A stretch of 64,000 nucleotides of DNA from an uncultured Acidobacteriota bacterium (GTDB lineage Bacteria > Acidobacteriota > Terriglobia > Acidiferrales > UBA7541), in assembly GCA_963795355.1 (NCBI GenBank), contig CAWCHM010000009.1, positions 172,932 to 236,931 of the forward strand, in the 5' to 3' direction. Shown here piece after piece: positions 26,719 through 35,372 of the stretch (the first letter of the stretch is position 1; each line of letters starts with the position of its first letter). The translations under genes and the position numbers were made by a program. The notes under the pieces were generated by a model. That model had not been told where the DNA came from. It worked only from the letters and a program-made list of their open reading frames with translations, and made no database searches.

Positions 26719-27011
26719 CTCAACTTCCTGAACTCAGGGATTCTACTCCGCCCTTGCGTATGGCGTCAATCAGCGAATCTCCTGCGTTTTGTGACACTTG
26801 TCCCCTCTTTCAGAGTAGGATGCGGGCCATTTCCCGGGGTTGCCTGAGGAAACGCGACCTGTTCCTGAGTACGGGGAAAATAGCAGGACGGACTGGACGA
26901 AAGTTCGGTTTCACGTCGCGAATCGTACAGGGACCACCAAATTGTGCACCTGATTCGGGCTCGAATTCGGAATCGGGAAGAATTCCTTCGAAGAGTTGGC
27001 TTTCGCCCGAC

Positions 27012-27302
27012 TTACTGGACGCGCTGCTTCTGGGCGTCCCACCCTACCAGGGAGTCGAAGATGGCGAGCACGTGCCGCCGATATTCGACCATTCGGTGGA
27101 ATATGTCGCGGAGTTCGGGGTCGCGTTCGGCGTCGCGGTGCCACTTGATCATGACGGCCTGGGGCACTTCGATGTCGCGGCGCAGCTGCTCGGGCGAATG
27201 GCCGCGCAGGAACAGGCCATAGAAAAACGCCGCTTCCCGCTGGGGAAACGCGAAGTCTGTGGTGACTTCGGTTGGCACGACGACTTGGGCAATGGAGGCC
27301 AT
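27012..27302 (-). CDS. Small hypothetical protein (96 aa)
   Basis: Globular-looking sequence (FYGLFLRGHSPEQLRRDI) and co-directional with the GWxTD gene; start taken as ATG 27302. Confidence 0.7.
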   Translation of the reverse strand: MASIAQVVVPTEVTTDFAFPQREAAFFYGLFLRGHSPEQLRRDIEVPQAVMIKWHRDAERDPELRDIFHRMVEYRRHVLAIFDSLVGWDAQKQRVQ

Positions 27303-27666
27303 GAGAAAAGTGCAGTTTACAGAAAAGCTTCTCCGCGTCAAGTGGTACAGACCGCCAGGTGTGGCGTGGCGGACAAGGGCAATACCGCTGAGTTCCGAAC
27401 GCAACAGGCCCGACGGACAACCTGCAGGCAGATTAGATGATGCTTCCCGATTTGGGAATCAGAGAAAACCAGGGAGCGCCACCCCTCCTGCGCGGCCGGA
27501 AGCGTCGTGCAACGCCGAGGTTGCGACCCGATTCTAAGAGGCTTAGGATGTTGGTAGGTGGCCCAAGGTTTCAAAAACCCTGGTTTCGTGCCCATGGGTT
27601 CAAAGCCACGGGTTCTGGCATCCAATGAGTCTCGCACGACAGGCATCAAGAAGACGGTTCTCCAAA

Positions 27667-28344
27667 ATGGCTAAACAGTCTCTTGCAGGTCGAGGATTTG
27701 GACGGGTTTTCCGGCTGGGCGTGATGCGCGGGCTCCGGTCCGTGGAAGTGAACCCGGATGATTTCCGGAAGCAACTGGCGAACAAGCACGGGCTGTGGAT
27801 ACCCAACTTTTCGCGCATGCATGATGTGCCCCTGGAGCATCTGGACGCGATCGCCAAGAAGTTGATCCGCGATGCGGAGCGGTTGGCGCTGGCGGAAGGC
27901 GCGGGGCTCGGTCTGGGCGGCATGATGACCGTGATCCCCGACACCGGCTTGCTGACAGCGATTACCTTGCGGCTGATTCAGCGGCTGTGCCTGCTCTATG
28001 GGTTCGAGCAACGCGGCGTGGACGACCGGATGGAGTTGTGGCTAGCGGCAGCGACCGCGACCGGCGTTGATTACGGCAAGGATCTCGTCGAGAAGCAGAT
28101 GTTCGAGAAAGTTGCGCCAAAGATCGCGCAGCGGCTGGCGACCAAGCTCGGAGCCGAAGCGGCCGAGAAGTGGGTTGGGCGGATGATTCCGCTGGCGAGT
28201 TCGGCGATTGGCGGCGCGCTGAACTTTTCGTTTGTGCGGACGTGGGGATGGCGCGTGCAGAAGAATTTGCGCGAGCGGCACATTTCGACGCGGGCGGCGG
28301 GTGCTCGGCCCGTGTACGGCACCCCGAAACCGGTCCTGGTCTAA
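27667..28344 (+). CDS. EcsC-family protein
   Basis: EGAGLGLGG...LRLIQRLCLLYGF...IPLASSAIGGALN pattern. Confidence 0.75.
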   Translation: MAKQSLAGRGFGRVFRLGVMRGLRSVEVNPDDFRKQLANKHGLWIPNFSRMHDVPLEHLDAIAKKLIRDAERLALAEGAGLGLGGMMTVIPDTGLLTAITLRLIQRLCLLYGFEQRGVDDRMELWLAAATATGVDYGKDLVEKQMFEKVAPKIAQRLATKLGAEAAEKWVGRMIPLASSAIGGALNFSFVRTWGWRVQKNLRERHISTRAAGARPVYGTPKPVLV

Positions 28345-28413
28345 GTTTTTACATTTTGGGGTGACGGCGCTTCCGGGTTGAGGCGTCTAAATGAAACGGG
28401 GTGAGGTTCTGCG

Positions 28414-28917
28414 ATGCACGTTACCAAGATGTCGCGAAAAAAACTGATTCTGGGATTTGTGTCACTGCCGCTGATTGCGCTGGGCATGATGCTGCTGCCG
28501 CAGCACGCCGCGTCGACGGCAGCGCAAGACACTGGGCAGGACAGCCCGAAAGATCCGGTGCCCGCATATCACTCCGAAGTTCCTCCGGGCCCGATGCCCG
28601 CGACGCTGGCTCCTGAGACGTTCACCGACGCGACAGTGCAGAACGCCTATGCGCTGGCGGCGAAGATAAAAAAAGTTTTGTATCAGCAACCGTGCTACTG
28701 CTACTGCGATCGCCACGCCGGACACGGCAGTCTCCTCGACTGCTACACCGGCAAGCACGCTGCGGATTGCGGCGTCTGCCTGCGCGAAGGCCTGTATGCG
28801 TACGAGCAGACCAAGAAGGGCAAGACACCCGCTCAGATTCGCGACGGAATCGAGAAGGGCGAGTGGAAGACCGTCGATATGACGAAGTATCAGATACCTA
28901 TCACAGCCGCGAAGTAA
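28414..28917 (+). CDS. PCYCGC-motif-type exported Cys/His-rich protein (PCYCYC variant)
   Basis: Signal peptide, QQPCYCYCDRHAGHGSLLDCY and HAADCGVC. Confidence 0.75.
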   Translation: MHVTKMSRKKLILGFVSLPLIALGMMLLPQHAASTAAQDTGQDSPKDPVPAYHSEVPPGPMPATLAPETFTDATVQNAYALAAKIKKVLYQQPCYCYCDRHAGHGSLLDCYTGKHAADCGVCLREGLYAYEQTKKGKTPAQIRDGIEKGEWKTVDMTKYQIPITAAK

Positions 28918-29114
28918 CAATTCCGAGCGACGAACGCCGTGCTCTCGGAACCCTGTAGATACTCTTAGCAATCTCCAACTTTCGTAAGCTCTTTCGTTCC
29001 ATTTATTTCGATTTCGTTCTTCCGTGAGAAACCGTTTGCGCACCTCGCGCAGTCTAATCCGCGACAGCGAACGCGGATGCGGTGCGAATCTGCGAAAACG
29101 ATCGGAGAATCGGA

Positions 29115-29522
29115 ATGAGAATGCGCGGGCAAGTTTGGATGTGGACCCTGGGAATGGCATTGGCGCTTGGACTAGTAGCGGCGCCTTCGCGAGTGGCGGC
29201 CCAGGATAAGGATCACGTGGTTTCGCTCGACGAATTGAAATCGGATGCGGCCAAGCCGGCGCAAACGCGCGACGCGAACGAAGCGGAAGTGCGTCACCTG
29301 TTGCAGACGGAAGCTGGTCAGCAAGCGTTGAAGCAAGCAAAAGTCGACTACGCGAAGGTCGACAAGGCGATCAGCCAACTGAGCGACGACGATCTGGCAA
29401 CGGTGGCCGAGAAGTCGCGCCAGGCCGATCACGACTTCGCCGCCGGTGGATTGTCGCAGACGCTAATCATCGTGATCGTACTGATCGTAATTTTGATCGT
29501 TGTACTCGCTCTCGTTTTTTGA
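29115..29522 (+). CDS. Exported small protein with a very hydrophobic C-terminus (PA2779-like), paralogue 1
   Basis: Signal peptide ending VAA|Q, helical body, LSDDDL...DFAAGG, then a 23-aa I/V/L tail. GGAG RBS. Confidence 0.8.
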   Translation: MRMRGQVWMWTLGMALALGLVAAPSRVAAQDKDHVVSLDELKSDAAKPAQTRDANEAEVRHLLQTEAGQQALKQAKVDYAKVDKAISQLSDDDLATVAEKSRQADHDFAAGGLSQTLIIVIVLIVILIVVLALVF

Positions 29523-29618
29523 CGCTGGGGCCGCCACCTCGTTCGCGTCCTTGCGCCCTTCGGGCGATTAACGGCAGCCATTTTCAGAACGGGCACAAGC
29601 CCGACAGAAACTCTCTTG

Positions 29619-29677
29619 CGCCTCCTGAGCCGTTCGTACACTGAGATTCACCCAGTGGACGAATTTCTCAGGAGGCG
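29619..29677 (+). promoter_or_regulatory. Hairpin that sequesters the Shine-Dalgarno of paralogue 2
   Basis: CGCCTCCTGAG (29619-29629) pairs with CTCAGGAGGCG (29667-29677), which contains AGGAGG. Inner pairs are TTCGT/ACGAA and CACTG/CAGTG. Confidence 0.6.
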
Positions 29678-29682
29678 TTTTC

Positions 29683-30087
29683 ATGCAGACGAAAAAGATC
29701 ACGCGGTTCGCCACGATGCTGCTCGCCGCAGCCGTGACCGCGGGGCCGATGCTGGCGCAATCGCAAGCCGACAAACATGTCGTCTCGCTCGGTGAGTTGA
29801 ACAAAGACGCCGCGGGGCCAATGCAAGCGCGGCGCGCGAACGAAGCGGATATTCGTCAGCTATTTGCGACCGTCGATGGGCAGAAGGCGCTGAAGTCGGC
29901 CAACGTCGAATACGCGAAAATCGATAGCGCCGTAAGCTCGATGAGCGACGAAGACGTTGCACGCATCTCGAGCCGAGCGCGCGAACTCAATCGGGATTTC
30001 GCCGGTGGTAATTTGACGGACCACGATCTGCTGGTGATTTTGATCGTTGTGTTGATCGTAGTTATCTTGATTGTGGTGCTGCGCTAA
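29683..30087 (+). CDS. Exported small protein with a very hydrophobic C-terminus (PA2779-like), paralogue 2
   Basis: Signal peptide ending MLA|Q. The mature region is about half identical to paralogue 1 by eye. MSDEDV...DFAGG is followed by a 25-aa tail. Confidence 0.82.
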   Translation: MQTKKITRFATMLLAAAVTAGPMLAQSQADKHVVSLGELNKDAAGPMQARRANEADIRQLFATVDGQKALKSANVEYAKIDSAVSSMSDEDVARISSRARELNRDFAGGNLTDHDLLVILIVVLIVVILIVVLR

Positions 30088-30145
30088 GCCGGACGCGATA
30101 AGTTCGCGGTGTCGGTGTTGCCAGCGTCGAGCCGGTTCTGACACG

Positions 30146-30712
30146 ATGCGAACAATTGTTTTGTTGATTGCCAGCTCTCTTTCGGCCGCGGGAGTTTTTG
30201 CCCAAGCGGAAAACGCGGACAAAGCAGGCATCTGGCTCGAGGTTCCTTTCATCAAGCAAACGGTTGAAGGTTGCGGGTCGGCGTCGATTGCGATGCTGCT
30301 GCAATATTGGTCCGCGCACGGGACGCAGATTGCGCCGGAGCGCGCGGACGTGGATGCGATCCAGAAGCAGCTTTATTCGCGCAAGGGACACGGAATTTAC
30401 GCCTCGGACCTGGAAAAATATTTGCGTGAGTCGGGGTTTCGCGTGTTTGCGTTGCGCGGCGAGTGGAGCGATCTTCGCGACCACTTGTCGAAGGGCCGTC
30501 CGCTGATTCTGAGCATCGAACCGGGGAGTTCTCGCGCTCCGCTACACTATGTTGTCGCGACCGGGATGGATTGGCAGCGTGACGCGGTATTTGTGAACGA
30601 CCCGGCGCGCGGCAAACTTTTGCGCATCGAGAGAGCGGAATTCGAGAAAGAATGGCTGGCGACCAAGAATTATTTGTTACTGGCGGTGCCCGCCTCCGCG
30701 CCTGCGGAATAA
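30146..30712 (+). CDS. Stand-alone exported C39-family cysteine peptidase
   Basis: Signal peptide (GVFA|Q) and the triad motifs PFIKQTVEGCG (Q, C), PLHYVV (H) and VNDP (D). No ABC transporter domain. Confidence 0.88.
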   Translation: MRTIVLLIASSLSAAGVFAQAENADKAGIWLEVPFIKQTVEGCGSASIAMLLQYWSAHGTQIAPERADVDAIQKQLYSRKGHGIYASDLEKYLRESGFRVFALRGEWSDLRDHLSKGRPLILSIEPGSSRAPLHYVVATGMDWQRDAVFVNDPARGKLLRIERAEFEKEWLATKNYLLLAVPASAPAE

Positions 30713-32526
30713 TTCGTTTCGTTGTTTTGGTTTTTTTCCTTGTTGCGTCAAACCTTCTATTGAGCGGGTTGAGTTTCGCTCAGCAAGCTTCCTCTACTTC
30801 GGAATCGAAACCGAAAGATGGCGACGTAAAGTCGCCGCTACACGATGGGGAAAAAGAGTCGCGCGCGCACGATCGGGACCAAAAGTTGCCGGCACAAGAC
30901 CCTGCCAGGCTTGCGGACGCGCAAAAGGCGTTTGATGCCGGGCAGTATGCGGATGCGGCGCGGCTGGCTCAGGGCCCACCGAATCCATCGGCTGATCTGG
31001 ATTTTCTGGCCGGGCTTTCGCTCGCGAAGTTACAGCGGTGGCAAGAGGCGCGTGCGGCGTTCTTGCAAGGGCAACGTAAATCGCCGCAGCAGGCGCGGTT
31101 TCTCGTGGAGTTGGCCGGTGTCGACTACAAACTGAGAGATGCACGCGCGGCGAAGCGCGAACTGCGGGCGGCATTGAAGCTGGAGCCGAAAGATAGGTAC
31201 ACGCTGGAATTTCTCGGCACGCTTTATTTTCTCGACGGCAATCTGGAAGCGGCGCTGAAATATTGGAATGCGATCGACAAGCCTCGATTGCGAAAAGTTT
31301 CGGTCGCGCCGCCACCGACGCTCGATCCCGCTTTGCTGCAAAACGCGATTGGATTCAACGCTCCGCAAATTTTAACGCGCGACGCGTTGCTCGGCGCAGA
31401 AGCTCGGCTCAACAATTTGGGAATTTATCCGCACCGGCGTGAGGAGCTCGCTCCCGCGGGCGACGGTAACTACGACTCGACGTTTCACATGGCGGAGCGC
31501 AATCTTTGGGGCGACACCTGGTGGGAAGGCGCGCTGACGTGGCTGAGCGGATTGCCCTACGCGACGATTTATCCGCAGGTTTTTAATCTCGAACACGAGG
31601 CGATAAACGTAACATCGCTGCTGCGGTGGGATTCGGAGAAGCGGCGCGCGTTTGTCGATGGCTCGATGCCACTGCTGCATCAATCGAAATATCGGCTGCA
31701 TGTTTATTTCGATGGCCGCAACGAGAACTGGAATTTGACGAATACATTTTTCGGCGGCGGCCCGGCACTCAGCGATCTGAATGTGCGGCGGGTTGCGGGC
31801 GGCGCGGAGCTGCGCTCGGTGATGAACGGGCGCTGGAGCTGGAGCACCGGAATCGAAATCGCGAATCGATCGTTTCGGAATCTGACGCCGGAGGCGACGG
31901 CTTCGGCCGCGGGCAAAACATTTTTCACCGATGGCAATTCGGTTTCGTATTGGGGGCGCATCGATCGTTCACTGCTGCGATTGCCCGAGCATCGTTTCAC
32001 GATCGTTGGATCGGGCGAAGGACGCGTGGGTCGCGAATTCGCGACGGGCTTCAGATCGTACGGCGCGGTGCGCGGATCGCTGACGGCGCACTGGCTGCCG
32101 CAGGCTACCGGTGACGACTACGAGATGCTGGCTCGCGTGCGCGCGGGCGAAGCGTTTGGCGATATTCCTTTCGACGAGTTGTATCAGTTGGGCATCGAGC
32201 GCGATAACGATTTGTGGCTCCGCGGGCACGCCGGGACCGATGACGGGCGCAAAGGCGCGGCGCCGCTGGGGCGACGATATTTCCTGGCGAACTGGGAATT
32301 GGATAAGCGCGTTTACTCGAACGGGCTTTTTACGGTGAAGCTGGGGCCTTTCGTCGATAACGGGGCGATTGCGGATTCCTCGGGATTGTTTGGATCGCAG
32401 AAGTGGCTCTGGGATACGGGAGCGCAGTGCAAGATCCGTGTTTTGAGCAGCGTGACGGTGGTGCTGATTTATGGCCGCGATCTGCGCGGCGGCAAGAATG
32501 TGTTTTATGGGACAGCGTTGCATTGA
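30652..32526 (+). CDS. Protein with TPR repeats, a POTRA-like segment and an outer-membrane beta-barrel (Omp85/TamA-like)
   Basis: Signal peptide (LSFA|Q), four TPR-like units, AEARLNNLGIY (POTRA-like), and alternating strands (RWSWSTGIEI, YFLANWELDK, TVVLIYGRD). It overlaps the C39 gene by 61 nt; the start is uncertain. Confidence 0.65.
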   Translation: MAGDQELFVTGGARLRACGIIRFVVLVFFLVASNLLLSGLSFAQQASSTSESKPKDGDVKSPLHDGEKESRAHDRDQKLPAQDPARLADAQKAFDAGQYADAARLAQGPPNPSADLDFLAGLSLAKLQRWQEARAAFLQGQRKSPQQARFLVELAGVDYKLRDARAAKRELRAALKLEPKDRYTLEFLGTLYFLDGNLEAALKYWNAIDKPRLRKVSVAPPPTLDPALLQNAIGFNAPQILTRDALLGAEARLNNLGIYPHRREELAPAGDGNYDSTFHMAERNLWGDTWWEGALTWLSGLPYATIYPQVFNLEHEAINVTSLLRWDSEKRRAFVDGSMPLLHQSKYRLHVYFDGRNENWNLTNTFFGGGPALSDLNVRRVAGGAELRSVMNGRWSWSTGIEIANRSFRNLTPEATASAAGKTFFTDGNSVSYWGRIDRSLLRLPEHRFTIVGSGEGRVGREFATGFRSYGAVRGSLTAHWLPQATGDDYEMLARVRAGEAFGDIPFDELYQLGIERDNDLWLRGHAGTDDGRKGAAPLGRRYFLANWELDKRVYSNGLFTVKLGPFVDNGAIADSSGLFGSQKWLWDTGAQCKIRVLSSVTVVLIYGRDLRGGKNVFYGTALH

Positions 32527-32613
32527 TAGCGTTGGAGCGAGTGGGGCTTCGCGTTCGGTTCGGCGATGGTGTTGACGCCGGACGGAGCAAACCCCGCCCC
32601 TAGAAACCCGATG

Positions 32614-32697
32614 CCCCCCACCCCTTTTTTCGCAAGAATGTGAAAAGGAATGACTTAGACGCGACTCGCTTGCATGAATTTCATTCTAAAGGAGTTA
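32614..32697 (-). repeat. Pair of 26-bp sites 40 bp apart plus a G-run (cassette B, minus orientation)
   Basis: Minus-strand TAACTCCTTTAGAATGAAATTCATGC (32697-32672) and TAAGTCATTCCTTTTCACATTCTTGC (32657-32632), then GAAAAAAGGGGTGGGGGG. Confidence 0.7.
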
Positions 32698-32742
32698 AAC
32701 GAGACCGCTGGACTGGGAATATCAGCTGGAGGGCGACGGATG

Positions 32743-32784
32743 TTTACCTGCGAGAGTAGTACCATATAAGGTATAAGAAGTCAA
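32743..32784 (-). promoter_or_regulatory. Sigma70-like promoter with no cognate minus-strand gene (cassette B)
   Basis: TTGACT (32784-32779)-N17-TACTAC with extended -10 TG, followed by CAGGTAAA. Same layout as 59160-59201. Confidence 0.65.
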
Positions 32785-33066
32785 TTGGATTTTGACAGTT
32801 CGTATCTCCCATCAAATCCGGCACTTGGCGCAAAACGGTCGTTCGAATTCGATTGAAAGAGTTGAGGAGATTGCTACTGCGGCGGAACAAATTCGGGACT
32901 GAGTTGCGCGAGGCAATTGCCCCAGTCGTGCTCGATGACGATCGGTTCCAGAACCAGATTGGGGAGACGGGTGTGTCGGGGAGATGCTGGCGTGCGTCTA
33001 TATTTGCGGGGCGATGGGGTTGAGTGGGTGCATGTCGCGTTGGCCTGGGTGGGAGTTGTCCAAATC

Positions 33067-33094
33067 CCGCGATCTGTAAAACGATCGCGGCTAC
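33067..33094 (-). repeat. GTAG-tagged REP (CCGCGATC family), copy 1
   Basis: Minus-strand GTAG-CCGCGATC-N8-GATCGCGG; a second copy lies at 58992-59019. Confidence 0.75.
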
Positions 33095-33107
33095 AGGGTG
33101 GTGTTTT

Positions 33108-35159
33108 GTGATTCGGAGATTGATGGCGGTGGTGGGTGTGATGGTTTTTGTTTTGGTGGGAGGGCTGATGGCGATGGCGGGACCGCGCGGTGGGGCGGAT
33201 GCGCCGGGTTACTGGGGATTCGATACGAAGAATCTCGATCGGACGTGCAAGCCTTGCGACGATTTTTTTGAGTTTGCGATGGGCGGGTGGATGAAGGCGA
33301 ATCCGATTCCGCCGCAGTATCCGCGATGGGGATCGTTCACCGTGCTGCTGGACAAGAATCAGCAGAATTTGCGGACGATTCTGGATACGGAAGAGAAGAC
33401 GACCGCGAAGACGGGTTCGAACGAGCAGAAGATCGGCGATTTTTATGCGAGCTGCATGGACACGGCGGCGATCGACACGGCGGGCGCGAAGGCGATCGAG
33501 CCGGATATGGCGCGAATCGCGGCGGTGAAGAACACGACGGAATTGCAGGCGGAAGCGACGCGATTGCAGGAGAGCGGGATCAACGTGATGTTCCGATTCG
33601 GATCGCGACAGGATGCGAAGGATAGTTCGCAGGTGATCGCTACGGCAAGTCAGGGCGGACTGGGACTGCCGGAGCGCGACTATTATCTGCGCGACGACGA
33701 GAAGTCGAAGAAGCTGCGCGACGACTATCTGAAGCACGCGACGAAACTGTTTGAGCTGTTGGGCGACCCGGCGGACAAGGCAGCCGTGGAAGCAAGCGCG
33801 ATCATGGCGATCGAAACATCGCTGGCGAAGGCTTCAATGTCGAACGTGGATGTGCGCGATCCGCACAAAACGTACAACCGGATGACTGCGGAGGAAGCGC
33901 AGAAGCTGACACCGGATTTTTCGTGGAAGGCGTACTTCACGGAAGTGGGGCAGCCGGGGCTGAAAGAATTGAACGTCGGGCAGCCGGACTTTTTCAAGGC
34001 GCTGAACGCGGAATTGACGACTGTGCCGGTCGAAAACTGGAAAACGTATCTGCGGTGGAGGTTGGTGGATGTGACGGCGCCGGGGCTGTCGGAGCCGTTC
34101 GTGACAGAGGATTTCGATTTTCACGACAAGGATTTGCGCGGTGCGAAGGAAATTTTGCCGCGATGGAAGCGGTGTGTGCAGGCAACGGACCGGAATCTGG
34201 GCGAAGCGCTCGGGCAGGTCTACGTGGAGAAGTATTTCCCACCGGAGGCGAAGGCGCATGCGCTGGAGATGGTGCACAACCTGGTAGCGGCGCTGCACGA
34301 CGATTTGCAACAGCTGCCGTGGATGAGCCCGGAGACGCGGGCGCAGGCGACGGCGAAGTTACAAGCGTTTGGCGTGAAGATCGGGTATCCGGACAAGTGG
34401 CGGGATTATTCGGGGCTGACGATCGATCGCACGTCGTATATGCAGAACGAATTGCGAAGCGCGGCGTTTGAATTTCACCGGCAGGTGGAGAAGATCGGCA
34501 AGCCGGTGGATCGGACGGAATGGGGAATGACGCCTCCGACAGTGAACGCGTACAACCGCAGCAGCATGAACGAGATTGTTTTTCCGGCGGGGATTTTGCA
34601 GCCGCCATTTTACGACCCGAAAGCGGACGATGCCGTGAATTACGGCGGGATGGGCGCGGTGATCGGGCATGAGATCACGCATGGATTCGACGATCAGGGA
34701 AGCAAATTTGACGGGAAGGGGAATTTGCGCGATTGGTGGACGGCGGAGGATCAGAAGAATTTCAAGGAACGCGCGACATGCGTTTCGGATCAGTTCGACG
34801 GTTATGTCGTGGATGGGGATTTGCACGAAAACGGAAAACTGGTGCTGGGAGAAAGCATCGCGGACCTTGGCGGGCTGACGATCGCGTACGCGGCGTACGA
34901 GAAATCGTTGGAGGGAAAGCCGCGTCCGCCAGAGAAGGATGGGTTTACGCCGGAGCAGCGATTCTTTCTGGGATGGGCGCAGGTGTGGGGCGCGAACGAG
35001 CGGCTGGAGTATGCGCGGCTGCAGACGAATACCGATCCGCATCCATTGGCGAGATTTCGCGGGAATGGGCCGCTGTCGAATATGGCGGATTTCGCGAAGG
35101 CGTTTGGGTGCAAGAAGGGCGATGCGATGGTGCGGGAGAAGGTCTGCAAGATCTGGTGA
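33108..35159 (+). CDS. M13-family zinc metallopeptidase (neprilysin/PepO-like), copy 1
   Basis: PCDDFFEFAMGGW, GHEITHGFDD (HExxH), GESIAD, HP...RGNGPL and C-terminal CKIW. Start is GTG 33108 or ATG 33123. Confidence 0.95.
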   Translation: MIRRLMAVVGVMVFVLVGGLMAMAGPRGGADAPGYWGFDTKNLDRTCKPCDDFFEFAMGGWMKANPIPPQYPRWGSFTVLLDKNQQNLRTILDTEEKTTAKTGSNEQKIGDFYASCMDTAAIDTAGAKAIEPDMARIAAVKNTTELQAEATRLQESGINVMFRFGSRQDAKDSSQVIATASQGGLGLPERDYYLRDDEKSKKLRDDYLKHATKLFELLGDPADKAAVEASAIMAIETSLAKASMSNVDVRDPHKTYNRMTAEEAQKLTPDFSWKAYFTEVGQPGLKELNVGQPDFFKALNAELTTVPVENWKTYLRWRLVDVTAPGLSEPFVTEDFDFHDKDLRGAKEILPRWKRCVQATDRNLGEALGQVYVEKYFPPEAKAHALEMVHNLVAALHDDLQQLPWMSPETRAQATAKLQAFGVKIGYPDKWRDYSGLTIDRTSYMQNELRSAAFEFHRQVEKIGKPVDRTEWGMTPPTVNAYNRSSMNEIVFPAGILQPPFYDPKADDAVNYGGMGAVIGHEITHGFDDQGSKFDGKGNLRDWWTAEDQKNFKERATCVSDQFDGYVVDGDLHENGKLVLGESIADLGGLTIAYAAYEKSLEGKPRPPEKDGFTPEQRFFLGWAQVWGANERLEYARLQTNTDPHPLARFRGNGPLSNMADFAKAFGCKKGDAMVREKVCKIW

Positions 35160-35318
35160 GGGCGTGATGAAAACGAGGGTAGGCTAGGGTGCCACCGGGC
35201 GCTCGAGAATAACCTTTCGTTTTTGGCGGCTTAGCGTCTAAATAGCGACGGATTCGTGCGGTTCGGCCCAGGTCTGGGTCATCGGACAAATCAAATCGGA
35301 TTGTTGGTTGCGGACATG

Positions 35319-35343
35319 GGGCGCAGCGTCGCTGCGCCCGTAC
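35319..35343 (-). repeat. REP-like palindrome, GTAC/A-GGGCGCAGC family
   Basis: GGGCGCAGC-GTC-GCTGCGCCC-GTAC; other copies at 45349-45376 and, degenerate, near 59066. Confidence 0.7.
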
Positions 35344-35372
35344 ATGATTCGGCAGAAAGTTTGGAGAGAACG

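Noticed and set aside
27575-27620. GGGTTCAAAGCC resembling a tRNA T-loop
   Set aside because: The T-stem does not pair and there is no acceptor or anticodon arm.
29115-30087. Small proteins as Fap/curli-type amyloid subunits or classical bacteriocin precursors
   Set aside because: No Q/N/G-rich repeats, the bodies look helical, they have Sec signals, and there is no ABC exporter, modifying enzyme or immunity gene. Kept only as an architectural analogy.
28361-35241. Recurring CGTCTA upstream of three genes (28384, 32995, 35235) as an ECF regulon
   Set aside because: No consistent -35 element at a fixed spacing; too short to support.
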